From contig NC_086108.1 of assembly GCF_963921235.1 (NCBI RefSeq), positions 56,422,001 through 56,486,000 on the forward strand: a DNA stretch of 64,000 nucleotides, in the 5' to 3' direction. This stretch comes from Mobula hypostoma. Lineage: Eukaryota. The stretch's first letter is position 1. Each line of letters opens with the position of its first letter. The notes below the pieces were generated by a model that was not told the DNA's origin, ran no database searches, and saw nothing but the letters and a program-made list of their open reading frames with translations. Positions 12,500 through 23,254 of the stretch are shown one piece after another. Both the position numbers and the translations under genes were made by a program.

Positions 12500-13000
12500 C
12501 GCTACTACGGCAGCAACTTTCTTCATTCCCGTCTTGCTGTGATTGCAACCGGATTATGCCTGAAGCGGACGGACCTGCAGCTTTACCGCACTCGAACCAG
12601 CTTCGCCCGTTTCCAAGCGACGGTATGGTTGTCAGGGGGCGGGTGATATCACTTCCATAGTTACCCGCTCTCCCCGCCCACACCTGTAAGAAACTTCAAC
12701 TCGATTGGCCGGCATTCAAATCGTGCCAGTGAATTCCAAATACAATTTTACGCCCGTATTTTGCAAACGGTTTCAGCCAGTTGACTAAAGAATGCATTGC
12801 CAAACAGCCAAGTGTACACGGGGCATCTCCCTTGGCACTGACTCGCCAAGATCCTCCCGCATCCAATCAGCGAATCCATGACGTCACGGCGAGGGTGAGA
12901 GCGGGATGGGGAGGACATCCGGGTCACGTAATAACCTCACTCTCCGACCCGAAAGTAGAAAATGGCGGAGGTAAGGCGGACCCGTCAACATACTTGGCTG
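12500..13000. promoter_or_regulatory. CpG-rich, probably bidirectional promoter of MIER1
   Basis: CpG density far above the flanks; perfect CRE TGACGTCA 12879-12886; CCAAT 12863-12867 and reverse CCAAT near 12704; GC boxes 12635-12643 and 12672-12679; YY1-type AAAATGGCGG overlapping the ATG; X-box-like GTTTCCAAGCGAC 12609-12621 and ACTTCCATAGTTACC 12651-12665. Confidence 0.75.
12962..12970 (+). CDS. MIER1: MIER1 coding exon 1 (MAE)
   Basis: ATG GCG GAG followed by donor gtaagg inside the CpG-rich region; matches the MAE N-terminus of vertebrate MIER1. The spliced 13-exon CDS totals 1644 nt (547 aa + stop). Confidence 0.9.
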
Positions 13001-13689
13001 TTCTGGCAGAATTCAAAAGTTAATTTTAAAATCTTATGCTTAATAATTATTGACAAACTTAAGTATCACGAGTCTGAATTCAAATCACGTTATATTTTAT
13101 AAAGAAAAATACAATTGTAAAGACCAGTCGTTCAAATGATAAACTTTGCGTTTTTCTTAAGGTTAAAAATTATTAAATTGAAGAAATATCACTGGGCGCC
13201 GTGCTGGAGCTTAGCTTCGCGGCGCGCTTTCCCTCCCATATTGAAGTTCCGTTCGTATCCGCTAGGCCTTGAAAAGGGGTTTTCCTCGTGGAATTCGTCA
13301 CTTTTTTTAAAAAAGTAAAAAACTGCGTCTTCCCTGAAATATTTTCAAATAAAGTACTTGAGTTACAGCACTTATCACATTTACTTTGGAATTTGTTTAT
13401 TTTTTTTTACTTTGGCCCAGGCTCGGTCCAAAAGTCCGCCAGTAGCGGCTTGCCATTAAAGAAACTTTCCTCGCAACCCACCCAGTCAGCCGGCTAACTT
13501 TTCCTCTTTGTATATGTATTATTGCCTCTAAACATTACTTGCTTTGTGATTTTTTAAAAAAAGTAATATCCGCGTTACTTATTATTGTTAAAATACCATT
13601 TAAGACTTTCGATATCGACTTCTTGTTTTTTCTTAAATGACTACCAGTGAATTTATTTTGAATCTTCTTAATTTTATTTTAATTCACAG

Positions 13690-13714
13690 CCTTCCATGGG
13701 AAGCTCAAGCCCAG
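13690..13714 (+). CDS. MIER1: MIER1 coding exon 2 (PSMGSSSP-G), 25-nt micro-exon
   Basis: ttcacag acceptor, gtagag donor; peptide resembles human PSVESSSPG; phase 0 to 1 fits neighbours. Confidence 0.9.
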
Positions 13715-14019
13715 GTAGAGTAAATGTAAAACATTCCTTAAGGTCTATGTTTATGAAAAACTTTCAGTTGCATTTTCATATTATGTAAAAATACTGGCTT
13801 TCTGGTCAGTGATTAAATCAGATGATTTGGTGTACATTTAAATCTAGATACTTTCAAGAACAGCTTGCTTTAAACATATAATCAAATAGATTTTGATGGA
13901 AAATTGCTGTCATTTGAATTGTAAAGTCAATGTCAAAATACAAAGATCATGAAGATTTCTATTAAATATTTAAGCAGAATCTAGTGCTTAAAATTATCGT
14001 TAATTATGTTGAGAAGTAA

Positions 14020-14268
<249 letters not shown>

Positions 14269-16079
14269 TAGAGTGATTTCCTTACCACAATTTTTGTATT
14301 TATGAACAATTATGTATTTCTTAAATGTTATGAAGTTGCTTTCTTTTACTTATTTAATTTTAAATAAAATTTGTTTAACCAGCCTTGGTGATAGATCATG
14401 GTATTGTGGGCTGGAAAAGTATTTTACTGTGTAGCATCTCTTTAAAAAAACACGAAGGGCCCAGTGCTGTTCCCTGGGGAAAACCACCGGTCTTTGAACT
14501 CAGGTCAGAATAATGCCTTTTCATAACTACTGTTTGTCTTCTGTGGCTGAGTTATTCTGGAATTTGGTTGCATTGACCATATTTAAAAATCTAGAGATGT
14601 AAGTACGGAATAAATGAAATATAACAAGAGATCGATGAAAAACTATTATTTTGTTATTCAATATGTGGAATTTCAGTAGAACAATATGACCAGACCATTT
14701 AGCCCAATTACTTAATCTTAATGTCTAATGCATAAGAGCCTTTGTTAGATCTACAATGGTAGTATTTCCAATGCAGAAGACCACCGTTAGACCTGTTGTA
14801 TTGGTCAAGACAACTACAGGATATTTTCATGGATTCTGTTTTTTTAAAAAAAAAGGGAAATATTTGGAAGTATGAGTGTTTTGTTTGTATACTTGAAATT
14901 GATCTGGTCTTGAAGTACAGGTAACATAGCAGTCCGTTTTTACACAGTGTTGTCAGAAGCAATGAGTTACTGGTTGAAGAATAAATATTGTTGTGGACCT
15001 TCAAAGAACTTGCAGTCCACCTTTGAATGAAGTCATAGAATCATTCACAGTGAAAGGTTGTCTTGGCTTACTGTAGAGTTCAATAAACAGGGATTTGTAC
15101 TTGGAATCTTTGAGGCAGCACTACTTCCGTATTTGTCATGCATTAGCTCAAAATCTAAAAAAATCTAAAAAAAAATTAGTTGCATTTGTTTGACGAGAAC
15201 AATGTATGTTTATGAACCTGATATGTATACTCTGACTGTGGTTAATTGTTTCAGCATCTTAGCTCCTTATTGTGAGAGATAAACCTGACAAAATATGATA
15301 TAAACAAAACAGGATCTTTGTGTGTAGTGCCACAAATCTGTTTCTACAGGTGTGCTAGTTAATTCCTTAGTGTACCAACAAAAGACTCAAAATACATTTA
15401 TTATAAAAATATGTATGCAGTATACAACCCTGAGATTTATCTTCCCACAGACGGCCGCAAAAACAAAGAAACACACAAGGTAACATGTTCAAAGAAAACA
15501 TCAAACAACCCACGTGCAAGAAAAAGAACAAATTATGTAAACAACAAGAACAAGTGGAATATTAAGCATCAAACTGCAAACGGTCTAGAGATATTCAGTT
15601 CAGTTTAGCGCCGTGTTGTTCGTTGACTGCAGGCCACAGAGCCAGTCCGCCCCAATCAAGATCGAGCAATAAAAGAGGAATAACCAGAAACAGATATAAC
15701 GTGAGCTGCAGAGTCCTCTGAAAACAGCTCCAGTCCACAAACTGGGCTGATCCAACCTTGTATCTTCTGGCAGCAGAGAAGGAGACTGATCAAATACAGG
15801 CAGACAGCGATGAGCAGCCACTCACCTTCCACTCTCATCCTCATTGATTTCAATCTTATTTGGCACTTTAGTCAAGTCAGAGACATATTTTGTTGGTATT
15901 ACTTTGGGATCAGTGGTGGGGGCCATAATAACCTTGCATGTTATAACTTCGTCAAGTAATGGTTTCAACTTCATAGCATTTATGTCAAGAAATCAGTAGG
16001 TTTGCTGAGTTTATCTAATATAAAAAGTATACCAGATAATGAGTTAATAGTGTTAAATCTGCTTTCTACTAATAACCAT

Positions 16080-16350
16080 TATAGTTATAGTCATACTTTA
16101 TTGATCCCGAGGGAAATTGGTTTTCGTTACAGTTGCACCAACCAAGAATAGAGTATAAATATGGCAATATAAAACCATAAATAATTAAATAGTAATATGT
16201 AAATTATGCCAGTAAATTATGAAATAAGTCCAGGACCAGCCTATTGGCTCAGGGTGTCTGACCCTCCAAGGGAGGAGTTGTAAAGTTTGATAGCCACAGG
16301 CAGGAATGACTTCCTATGACGCTCAGTGTTGCATCTCAGTGAAATGAGGT
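16080..16350 (-). mobile_element. Rex1/Babar-like LINE 3' end
   Basis: Minus strand RRSFLPVAIKLYNS C-terminal motif; homologous to 12310-12475. Confidence 0.65.
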
Positions 16351-17029
16351 GTATGGTCACATAGATCATAGACCTATGGATTTGAAGTATGAAAAAGATT
16401 GGAGTGGATCAGGAGCCATTTTGGGAGGGAGAGCCATTATTCAGCCCAACAATTTTGTGAACGTTCAAGTAGAGAGGGAAATTGAATGAAACAGCAGAGA
16501 ACGTGCCCTTCAACCCACTATATCTGTACCAACCAAAGTGCCTACCTGAGCTATCTCGTTTGGACAATATACTTAGAACCCTTTTCTATCGATGAACATC
16601 TGCAAGTATCTTATAAATGTTGCAAGTGTACCCATCTCTACCACTTCCTGTGGGAGTTTGTACTTTCCACCATTCTCGGACCAGAGGGGCAAACTTTTTT
16701 TTCCACACACAGTCATAGAATGCTGCAGCACAGGTCCATCTAGCCTGTGCCAAACTATTAATCTGCTTAGTCCCATCAACCTACACCTGGACCATAATCC
16801 ACCATACCCTTCTCATCCATGTACCTATCCAAATTTCTCTTAAATTCTGAAATCAAACCCACATCCACTTCCTCTGGCAGCTCATTCCACACTCTCACCA
16901 TCTTCTGAGTGAAGAAGTTTCCCCCTTATGTTCTCCTTAACCCATGACTTCTAGTTCTAGTCTCACCCAACCTCAATTGAAAAAGCTTGCTTGCATTTAC
17001 CTTCTCTAAGCCCCTCATAATTTTGTATA

Positions 17030-17697
17030 CAGGTTTCCCCCACCATCCGAAGGTAGTGCGTTCCTGTGAAATGGTTCATAAACTGAAATGTCGTAAAGCG
17101 AAGAAGCAATTACCATTTATTTATATAGGAAAATTTTGTGAGCGTTCGCAGACCCAAAAATAACCTACCAAATCATGCCAAATACCTAAAGTAACAGTAA
17201 CATATAGTAAAAGCAGGAATGATATGATAAATACACAGCCTATATAAAGTAGAAATACTTCTCGACAACAATTGCCTGCACAGATCTCCGTAGTGAAAAT
17301 CTCACGCAAGCGCTCTCGGCAGAAAATCTCACGCAAGCGCTGTTGGTATAAACGCGCTCTCCAGTAACCTTTAAACTATGAAGCTGCCAAATCTACCAAA
17401 TAACACGTAAAAATACACAGCCTAGTAGAAGTAGTGTAACACCCTTACTCTTTCAGGCTTTTCCGACACCTTAGAACTCATCCTGCTGATGGCTGCTCAA
17501 TGCAACATGTTAAAGCAATGCCGTTCCGAATCCGGGGCAGAGCGGCTGCTTGGGGCACACACTGATTTTTTTATCCCGCGCTGCCTTTCTTCATAACAGT
17601 GAAAACACCTTCTGAAAGCGAAAACAGGGTTCTAATGTAGGTCTTACGTAACAGTGAGGTTTCGTAAAGTGAACGTTCGAAAAGCGGGGGACACCTG
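17030..17697. mobile_element. Tigger/pogo-type non-autonomous DNA transposon
   Basis: TIRs CAGGTTTCCCCC.../...GGGGGACACCTG, TA target duplication, internal repeat aaaatctcacgcaagcgct x2. Confidence 0.85.
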
Positions 17698-17738
17698 TAC
17701 CTTTGTCAAATCTTCCCTCATTCTCTTACGCTCTAGGG

Positions 17739-19257
17739 CAGGGGTTGGCAACCTTTTTGCCTCTGTGGGCCAGATCGTGTATTAATGAGCAGATGGTGGG
17801 CCAGATAAATTGCATAAAAAAACTTGAAATATGGGAATTTTCCATTTAAATGCATCTAGTTATGTTTTGCCTCAAATTAATGAATAACGAATGCTAGAAG
17901 ATAATTTGTGCTTAACGAAGGATGCCAATTAGTAATCAAGGAACTCAGTTTAGTTGCAGTTTATTTCAATCAAGGCATCTTTTGAACCTATTAAAAGGAC
18001 ATAAAGATTCTTTAAACATGAAATGTATGAACATGATGCATTGAATGGTGGTAAATTAAGTATAATAAAAAAGAAAATTTTGATGCAAACAGTCGATAAA
18101 TCAATGTGAAACTTGATGCTGTTTGTTGCTTGAAAGCTTCTCAATATTGGGTGTCAGACTTGTTGATGCCAAGAGCAAGACATTATCCAGATGGGCATCA
18201 GTCAATCTCGTTCTCAAATGGTTTTTGGTGTGCTTCATTTTTGAAAATAATCGCTCACACAGATAAGTGCTGCCAAACAATGATGCCATCTTTTTTGCAT
18301 GGTCCACTAAGTTAGGATACTTCCGACTTGGATGAATATATTTCCCGTAGAAGTGAAGCACTGACACATCTTCAGGATGAAATTTCCATCTCAATATGTC
18401 GTCACACTGCACTTCAATCAATTCCATCTGAAAAATTTCTGATGCAGTGTTCACTTCCACATCAAATGGAGTAGCAAACAGCTTGAGCTCATTTGCATGC
18501 AAGTGAAAATCAGCAAAACGAGATGAAAACTCTTTTCTCAATTCTTGGACCATATCTACAAAAATGCCTGGATCTTGTGCTTTACTTTTTTTGAAAAGTG
18601 GGAAAATGTGCACAATTTCCTTTTTGAAGCTGGTACTCCCAAAATTGCAGCTTTCTTTCCACTATGCCGGGTCTCATAATGTCGCCTAATATTTGCCACC
18701 TTCTTCACAGCAACCTTTTCTAAGCAAACGAGACAAACTAGTTTCCCAGCTTGCTCGGTGAAGGAAGTAATCTAGTGTCCAAGTGTCTTAGGAATGTTGG
18801 CACTTATTGTCTACCTTCCTGCGCTTTGCATTCATTGCCATTGGAATGTTTTTCTTCGGTTTTATTTCAAAATGCAAGTTATTCAACAAGTATCGTAGCA
18901 CATGTAAATATCTGGATATTTAGTGTGGATTACTTGTTAAGACACAGTGACGCTGTTTCTGTTTACAAATTTGAAGGATCCCATCTGAAAACCCACACGT
19001 GCATGGAGAGTATCTAATACATATTAATAGGGTAGTCTGCCTTCCGGTCATTCGTATATACCAGTGTTTGGTTTGGAACAAAAGGGAACCTGGGGCCACT
19101 GTAACAAGACGCCCTGCATGTCCATCAGTGTGGTTGCGTGAAACACTCAGAATAAGGAAAAATTGCTCGCGGGCCAGATAAGCATAGTATACCAATATTT
19201 GCTCGTGAGCTGGTCAAAATACCATCCAGCCCACGGGCCATAGGTTGCCGACCCCTG
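17739..19257 (-). mobile_element. hAT (Charlie/SPIN/GTF2IRD2-like) element, internally deleted
   Basis: TIRs CAGGGGTTGGCAACCT / AGGTTGCCGACCCCTG; perfect 8-bp TSD CTCTAGGG; ORF 18101-18613 with hAT dimerisation motif FGSTYLCERLFSKMK...RLTD; N-terminal CLVC...RRHYETRH finger near 18670-18850. Confidence 0.95.
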
Positions 19258-20932
19258 CTCTAGGGAATGAAATCCTAATCTATTCAATCTTGCCCTATAA
19301 CTTAGTCCTCAAGTCTTGGCAGCATCCTTGTAAATTTTTTTTCTGCATGCTTTCAAGCTTATTTACGTCTTCCTTGTAGATTGGAGAGCAAAACTGCGCA
19401 CAATACTCCTAATTAGTCTCACCGTCAAACCTTTTCCCACTCATCTTAAACGTAAGCTGTTTAATTTTAGACATCCCTATACTGGGGAAAAGTCTATACC
19501 CATCTACCGCATCAATTCCTCTCATAATTTTATTAACATCTATAAAGTTATCCCTTAGTGATTTTTTTGCCCCAGATAAAACAAACTCGGTCTATCCAGT
19601 GTTTATTTGTAACTCAAGCCCTCCATCCCAGCAACATTCTTGTGAACCTTTTCTGCATCCATTCTAGCCTAATTACTGTCTTCCTATGACATAGCAACTA
19701 GAACTGCACTTAATGCTTCCAAGTGAGAGTCTCACTGATATCTTGTACAGTTATGATGTTAGTCCCCACCTCGTACTCCAAGTGACCTGACCAATGAAGA
19801 CGAGTGCCGTACAACTTCACCAGCTTGTCAGGTCCAGATTAATAAGAATTTGTGACGTCAAAACAAAAGATTGTCTGTTGACATTTTCAAGATATTCAAA
19901 ACGGATACCTGGCAGTTTTATCCAATATATTAAAAAAAAGCGAGATCATTATTAACAAATCTGTCATTTGCTAATCTCAGCAAAATGTCATTGTGGTAGT
20001 AGGTAATAAAAGATGTTTGTTTACTAATGTAAGGAGTTTGTTTTATATTAAAAGTTCTCCATTATTTTGCACCTTGTGGCGCAATTCATTAATTAAGTGG
20101 TAATTAAAATACACAGCATTTATAAAGCTAAATTACTAATGTGGGAGGAAGTAGTAACTAAAAAGACAAAAATGTAGATTTGGGAATCTGAGATTAAAAC
20201 GAAAATGCTGGATATACTCAGGTCAAGCAGTATCTGGAAAGACGGTTAATGTGAGTTCAATGAACTTCTTTGGATTTTGTTTTTAAACAAACCATGTTAA
20301 AACTGGAGAGGGATGGAGAGGACAAAGAGAATGCCTTGGATAGGAGACCAAGATGGTTGATGCAGATCAGTATTAATTCAGATGTATTGAAGCTTTGTTT
20401 GCAGCAGCCAGTCTGGTGGAACTGTACGATTAGAGTTTCAGGTGAATGACTTTATATGGTGGCAGGGACTGGTGTAGTGGACTCTGGTCTCTCTGCATGG
20501 TGCCTGGCCTGGTGAACATTTTTCGTTTATTTCAGATTACCTACACCCGCAGTTTTATTTTTCTTTTCAATCCCATTCCTGTTCTGATACAAATCAAACT
20601 TTCTCTGCCAATGTGGAGAATTGTTGCTGTGATTTCTGCATTTCAACTGATATTTGTTTTGTACATTTATTTGAGGTATTTACAATGTCCTGTATGGACA
20701 GGACAATCCTCAGATGAACCTGTAGGCCTGGCTTGACAGTCCTACAGTACATCTGGTACTGTTGACTAGACAATTTCTGGAGGAAGTTGGGGGTTATTTG
20801 ATGGGTACTACATATACTAGGAAGTAGAGTATGAATAGTAGTATCATTAACAAATAGTATCATTGCCATGATATGTTGAAGATTGCGTGACTGTTTTTAT
20901 GTATGGATTGGGATTGTTTTAGTCAAGTAGGA

Positions 20933-22083
20933 CAGGGGTCTCCAACCTTTTTTGCAACGCGGACCAGTTTATTATTGACAATATTCTTGCGGACCAGTCG
21001 ACTCCGGGGTGGGGGGGGGGGTAGGGTTGCCAACAGACAAGAGTAGCAGTCAAATACGTTGTGTTTACCCCGAGAAAGACTACAATGACCATGAAGCCTT
21101 GCGCGGGCACCAGTGCACATGCGTGTATGTGCTGGTTTTTTTCTACAAATTGTTTTTGGCAATTCTGTTTGGGGGGCGGGGTGTTAATCATGACCGGAAT
21201 ATAGGTGATAAGTGGCTAATACGCTCAATTTCGTTTCTAAAAGGGTTTATCTAACGAAATTAATATTAAACACAGCACATATTTTCCTTGCATGAATATA
21301 GTGATATGTCAATTATCAGGGGATCTTGAAGTAAGTGTTGAACGACCTTCCAGTTGAAGTGGTAGAGGCAGGTTCGATATTACCATTTAAAGAAAAATTG
21401 GACAGGAAAGGAATGGAGGGTTATGGGCTGAGTGCAGGTTGGTGGGACTAGGTGAGAGTAAGAGTTCAGCATGAACTAGAAGGGCCGAGATCACCTGTTA
21501 ACGTGCTGTAATTGTTCGATGGTTTCATAAGTCAATAGCATCATAATATTTTAAGTAATGTTTGGATATTAAACACACAGCACATATTTTCCCCGTATGA
21601 ACATATGAAATCATTGCAACACACCAATATCACTAAATCAGTGGAAGCCCTGGGCTTGTTTCCCTGCAACAAGATGGTCCCATCGAGGAGTGACAGGAGA
21701 CAGCGATACTCGAAGGGGGTTCCATATGTCCGGTGTATTCCGCAATTTAGTTTTCATTGCAGAGATATGTTGGAAATGGAAGCGACGTTTTCAGTGCTTC
21801 TGTGGCTATCTCAGGATATTTACCCTTGACTTTGATCCAGAATGCTAGCAGAGATGTTACATCAAACATACTTTTCAGCCTGCCGTCATTTGCAAATTCG
21901 AGGAGTTGATCACCTTCCCGCGCTGACATGGATGTCATGCGGGTAATGACCTTGTGTGCGTTCAAGCTTGACAGTGGGCGTGACGGAATGAGGAAAGGTG
22001 CAGCTGACTCATATCACCAAATCATATTGTTTCCTCGCGGCCCGGTAGCACATGCTTTGCGGCCCGGTGGTTGGGGACCGCTG
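20933..22083 (-). mobile_element. hAT Charlie/Buster-type deleted element with internal CR1 fragment
   Basis: TIRs CAGGGGTCTCCAACC / GGTTGGGGACCGCTG; TSD aagtagga/aagtagaa; FWIKVKGKYPEIATEALK...PFPTYLC fragment. Confidence 0.9.
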
Positions 22084-22084
22084 A

Positions 22085-22410
22085 AGTAGAAGTATGGCAT
22101 GGAAACAGGCCCTTCAGCCAACCGTTAAGCACATAGATTCATACAAATCATTCCCTATTCCAAGTTACTGTTTGCACATTCCTACTGACTTGCCCTATCG
22201 TTCACCTACACACAAAGGGCTGTTTATGATGTCCAGTATACCTTCTAATCCCTATATTGTTGGAATGTCAGCAGAAAATGGAGCACCCAGACAAAACCCA
22301 AGTGATCATAGGGAAAACATGCAAACTCCTTAGAGACAACCCTGGAGGTTAGGGTTGGACCTGGGTCATTAGACCTATGAGCTGGTAGTTTTATTAGCTG
22401 TGCCACTGCT
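22085..22410 (-). mobile_element. V-SINE (tRNA head, V domain, CR1-like tail)
   Basis: Minus strand gtggcacagc..., ggagtttgcatgttttccc, gggtgctcc and gaagggcctgtttcc tail. Confidence 0.7.
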
Positions 22411-22411
22411 T

Positions 22412-22517
22412 GCAACTCTGGATGTTTTGGCTTGTACACCTCTTTCTTGGCTACCATTACACCCTCCTTAAAGAGAAGATCATGGATAGAAATATGCTTG
22501 TTCTTGGATGTCAGCAT
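22412..22517 (-). pseudogene. RPS10: 40S ribosomal protein S10 N-terminal pseudogene fragment
   Basis: [35 protein letters not shown] versus RPS10 [35 protein letters not shown]; homology ends where a SINE begins. Confidence 0.85.
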
Positions 22518-22729
22518 TATAGGTTCTTGTCACGGGCCTAAGACATGAAAATGTTTCTGTGGTTCTTATCTCTCGGTCTCCACATATTTGTAGATAGTCC
22601 CTTTCTTATTTCCATCACTCCCATTTTATCTGGAAGTTTAAACGTGCCTGTTTTATAAATTATCCCAGTTCTAAAGATTGGCACTTGACAGGTTAACTCT
22701 TTCTGCACAGATGCTACCTGACTGATAGA

Positions 22730-23040
22730 TAAGACATAGGAACAGAATTAGGCCATTCAGTTCATCAAGTCTGCTCTGCCATTCCATCTTGGCTGATCCC
22801 AGATCCCACTCGACCCCATTCACCATATCCTTTGATGCCCAAAACAATCAGGAAACTATCAACTTCTGCTTTAAATATACCCACTGACTTGGCCTCCACT
22901 GCAGTCTGTGGCAGAGCATTCTACAAATTCTCTACTCTCTGGCTAAGAATAATTCCTCCTTACCTCTATTCCAAAAGATTGCCCCACAGCTTTGAGGCTG
23001 TGCCCTCTAGTTCTGGATACCCCCCACCATAGGAAACATC
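22730..23040 (-). mobile_element. CR1 LINE 3' end
   Basis: aagacataggaacagaattaggccattcag is the reverse complement of the CR1 tail seen elsewhere in the window. Confidence 0.75.
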
Positions 23041-23254
23041 TTAGAAAGATAGATACTTTATTGACCCTAAAGGAAATTACAGCGACACAGTAGCATTGCA
23101 AATACACAGATATACAAATATTAGAAGAGAAGTAAGAAAGAATAAAAAAATAAGTTACTTTAAACAGTCTAACGGGAGGGGGTCATCGCTTCCCTGGCTA
23201 TAGATTGACTCATTGTAGAGCCTAATGGCTGAGGATAAGAATTACCTCATATTA

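Larger units (their letters stand above)
732..12526 (-). pseudogene. Candidate unidentified multi-exon (pseudo)gene divergent from MIER1
   Basis: Putative exons 12526-12501, 9246-9121, 3238-3137, 2800-2745, 964-911, 813-732, all with GT donors and (internal exons) AG acceptors, phases chaining 2-2-2-1-1-2; in-frame TAA 9128-9126 and TGA 805-803. Product not recognised. Confidence 0.4.
16711..19425 (-). mobile_element. CR1 LINE 3' fragment hosting two nested DNA transposons
   Basis: CR1 ORF2/3' UTR sequence reads through continuously once 17030-17697 and 17739-19257 are removed. Confidence 0.75.

Noticed and set aside
732..12526. Calling the divergent unit DNAI4/WDR78 on synteny
   Set aside because: No recognisable WDR78 peptide (such as DVTPRPL) found; left unnamed.
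18101..18613. Domesticated GTF2IRD2/EPM2AIP1-like host gene
   Set aside because: Enclosed by TIRs and an 8-bp TSD and internally deleted, so it is a transposon.
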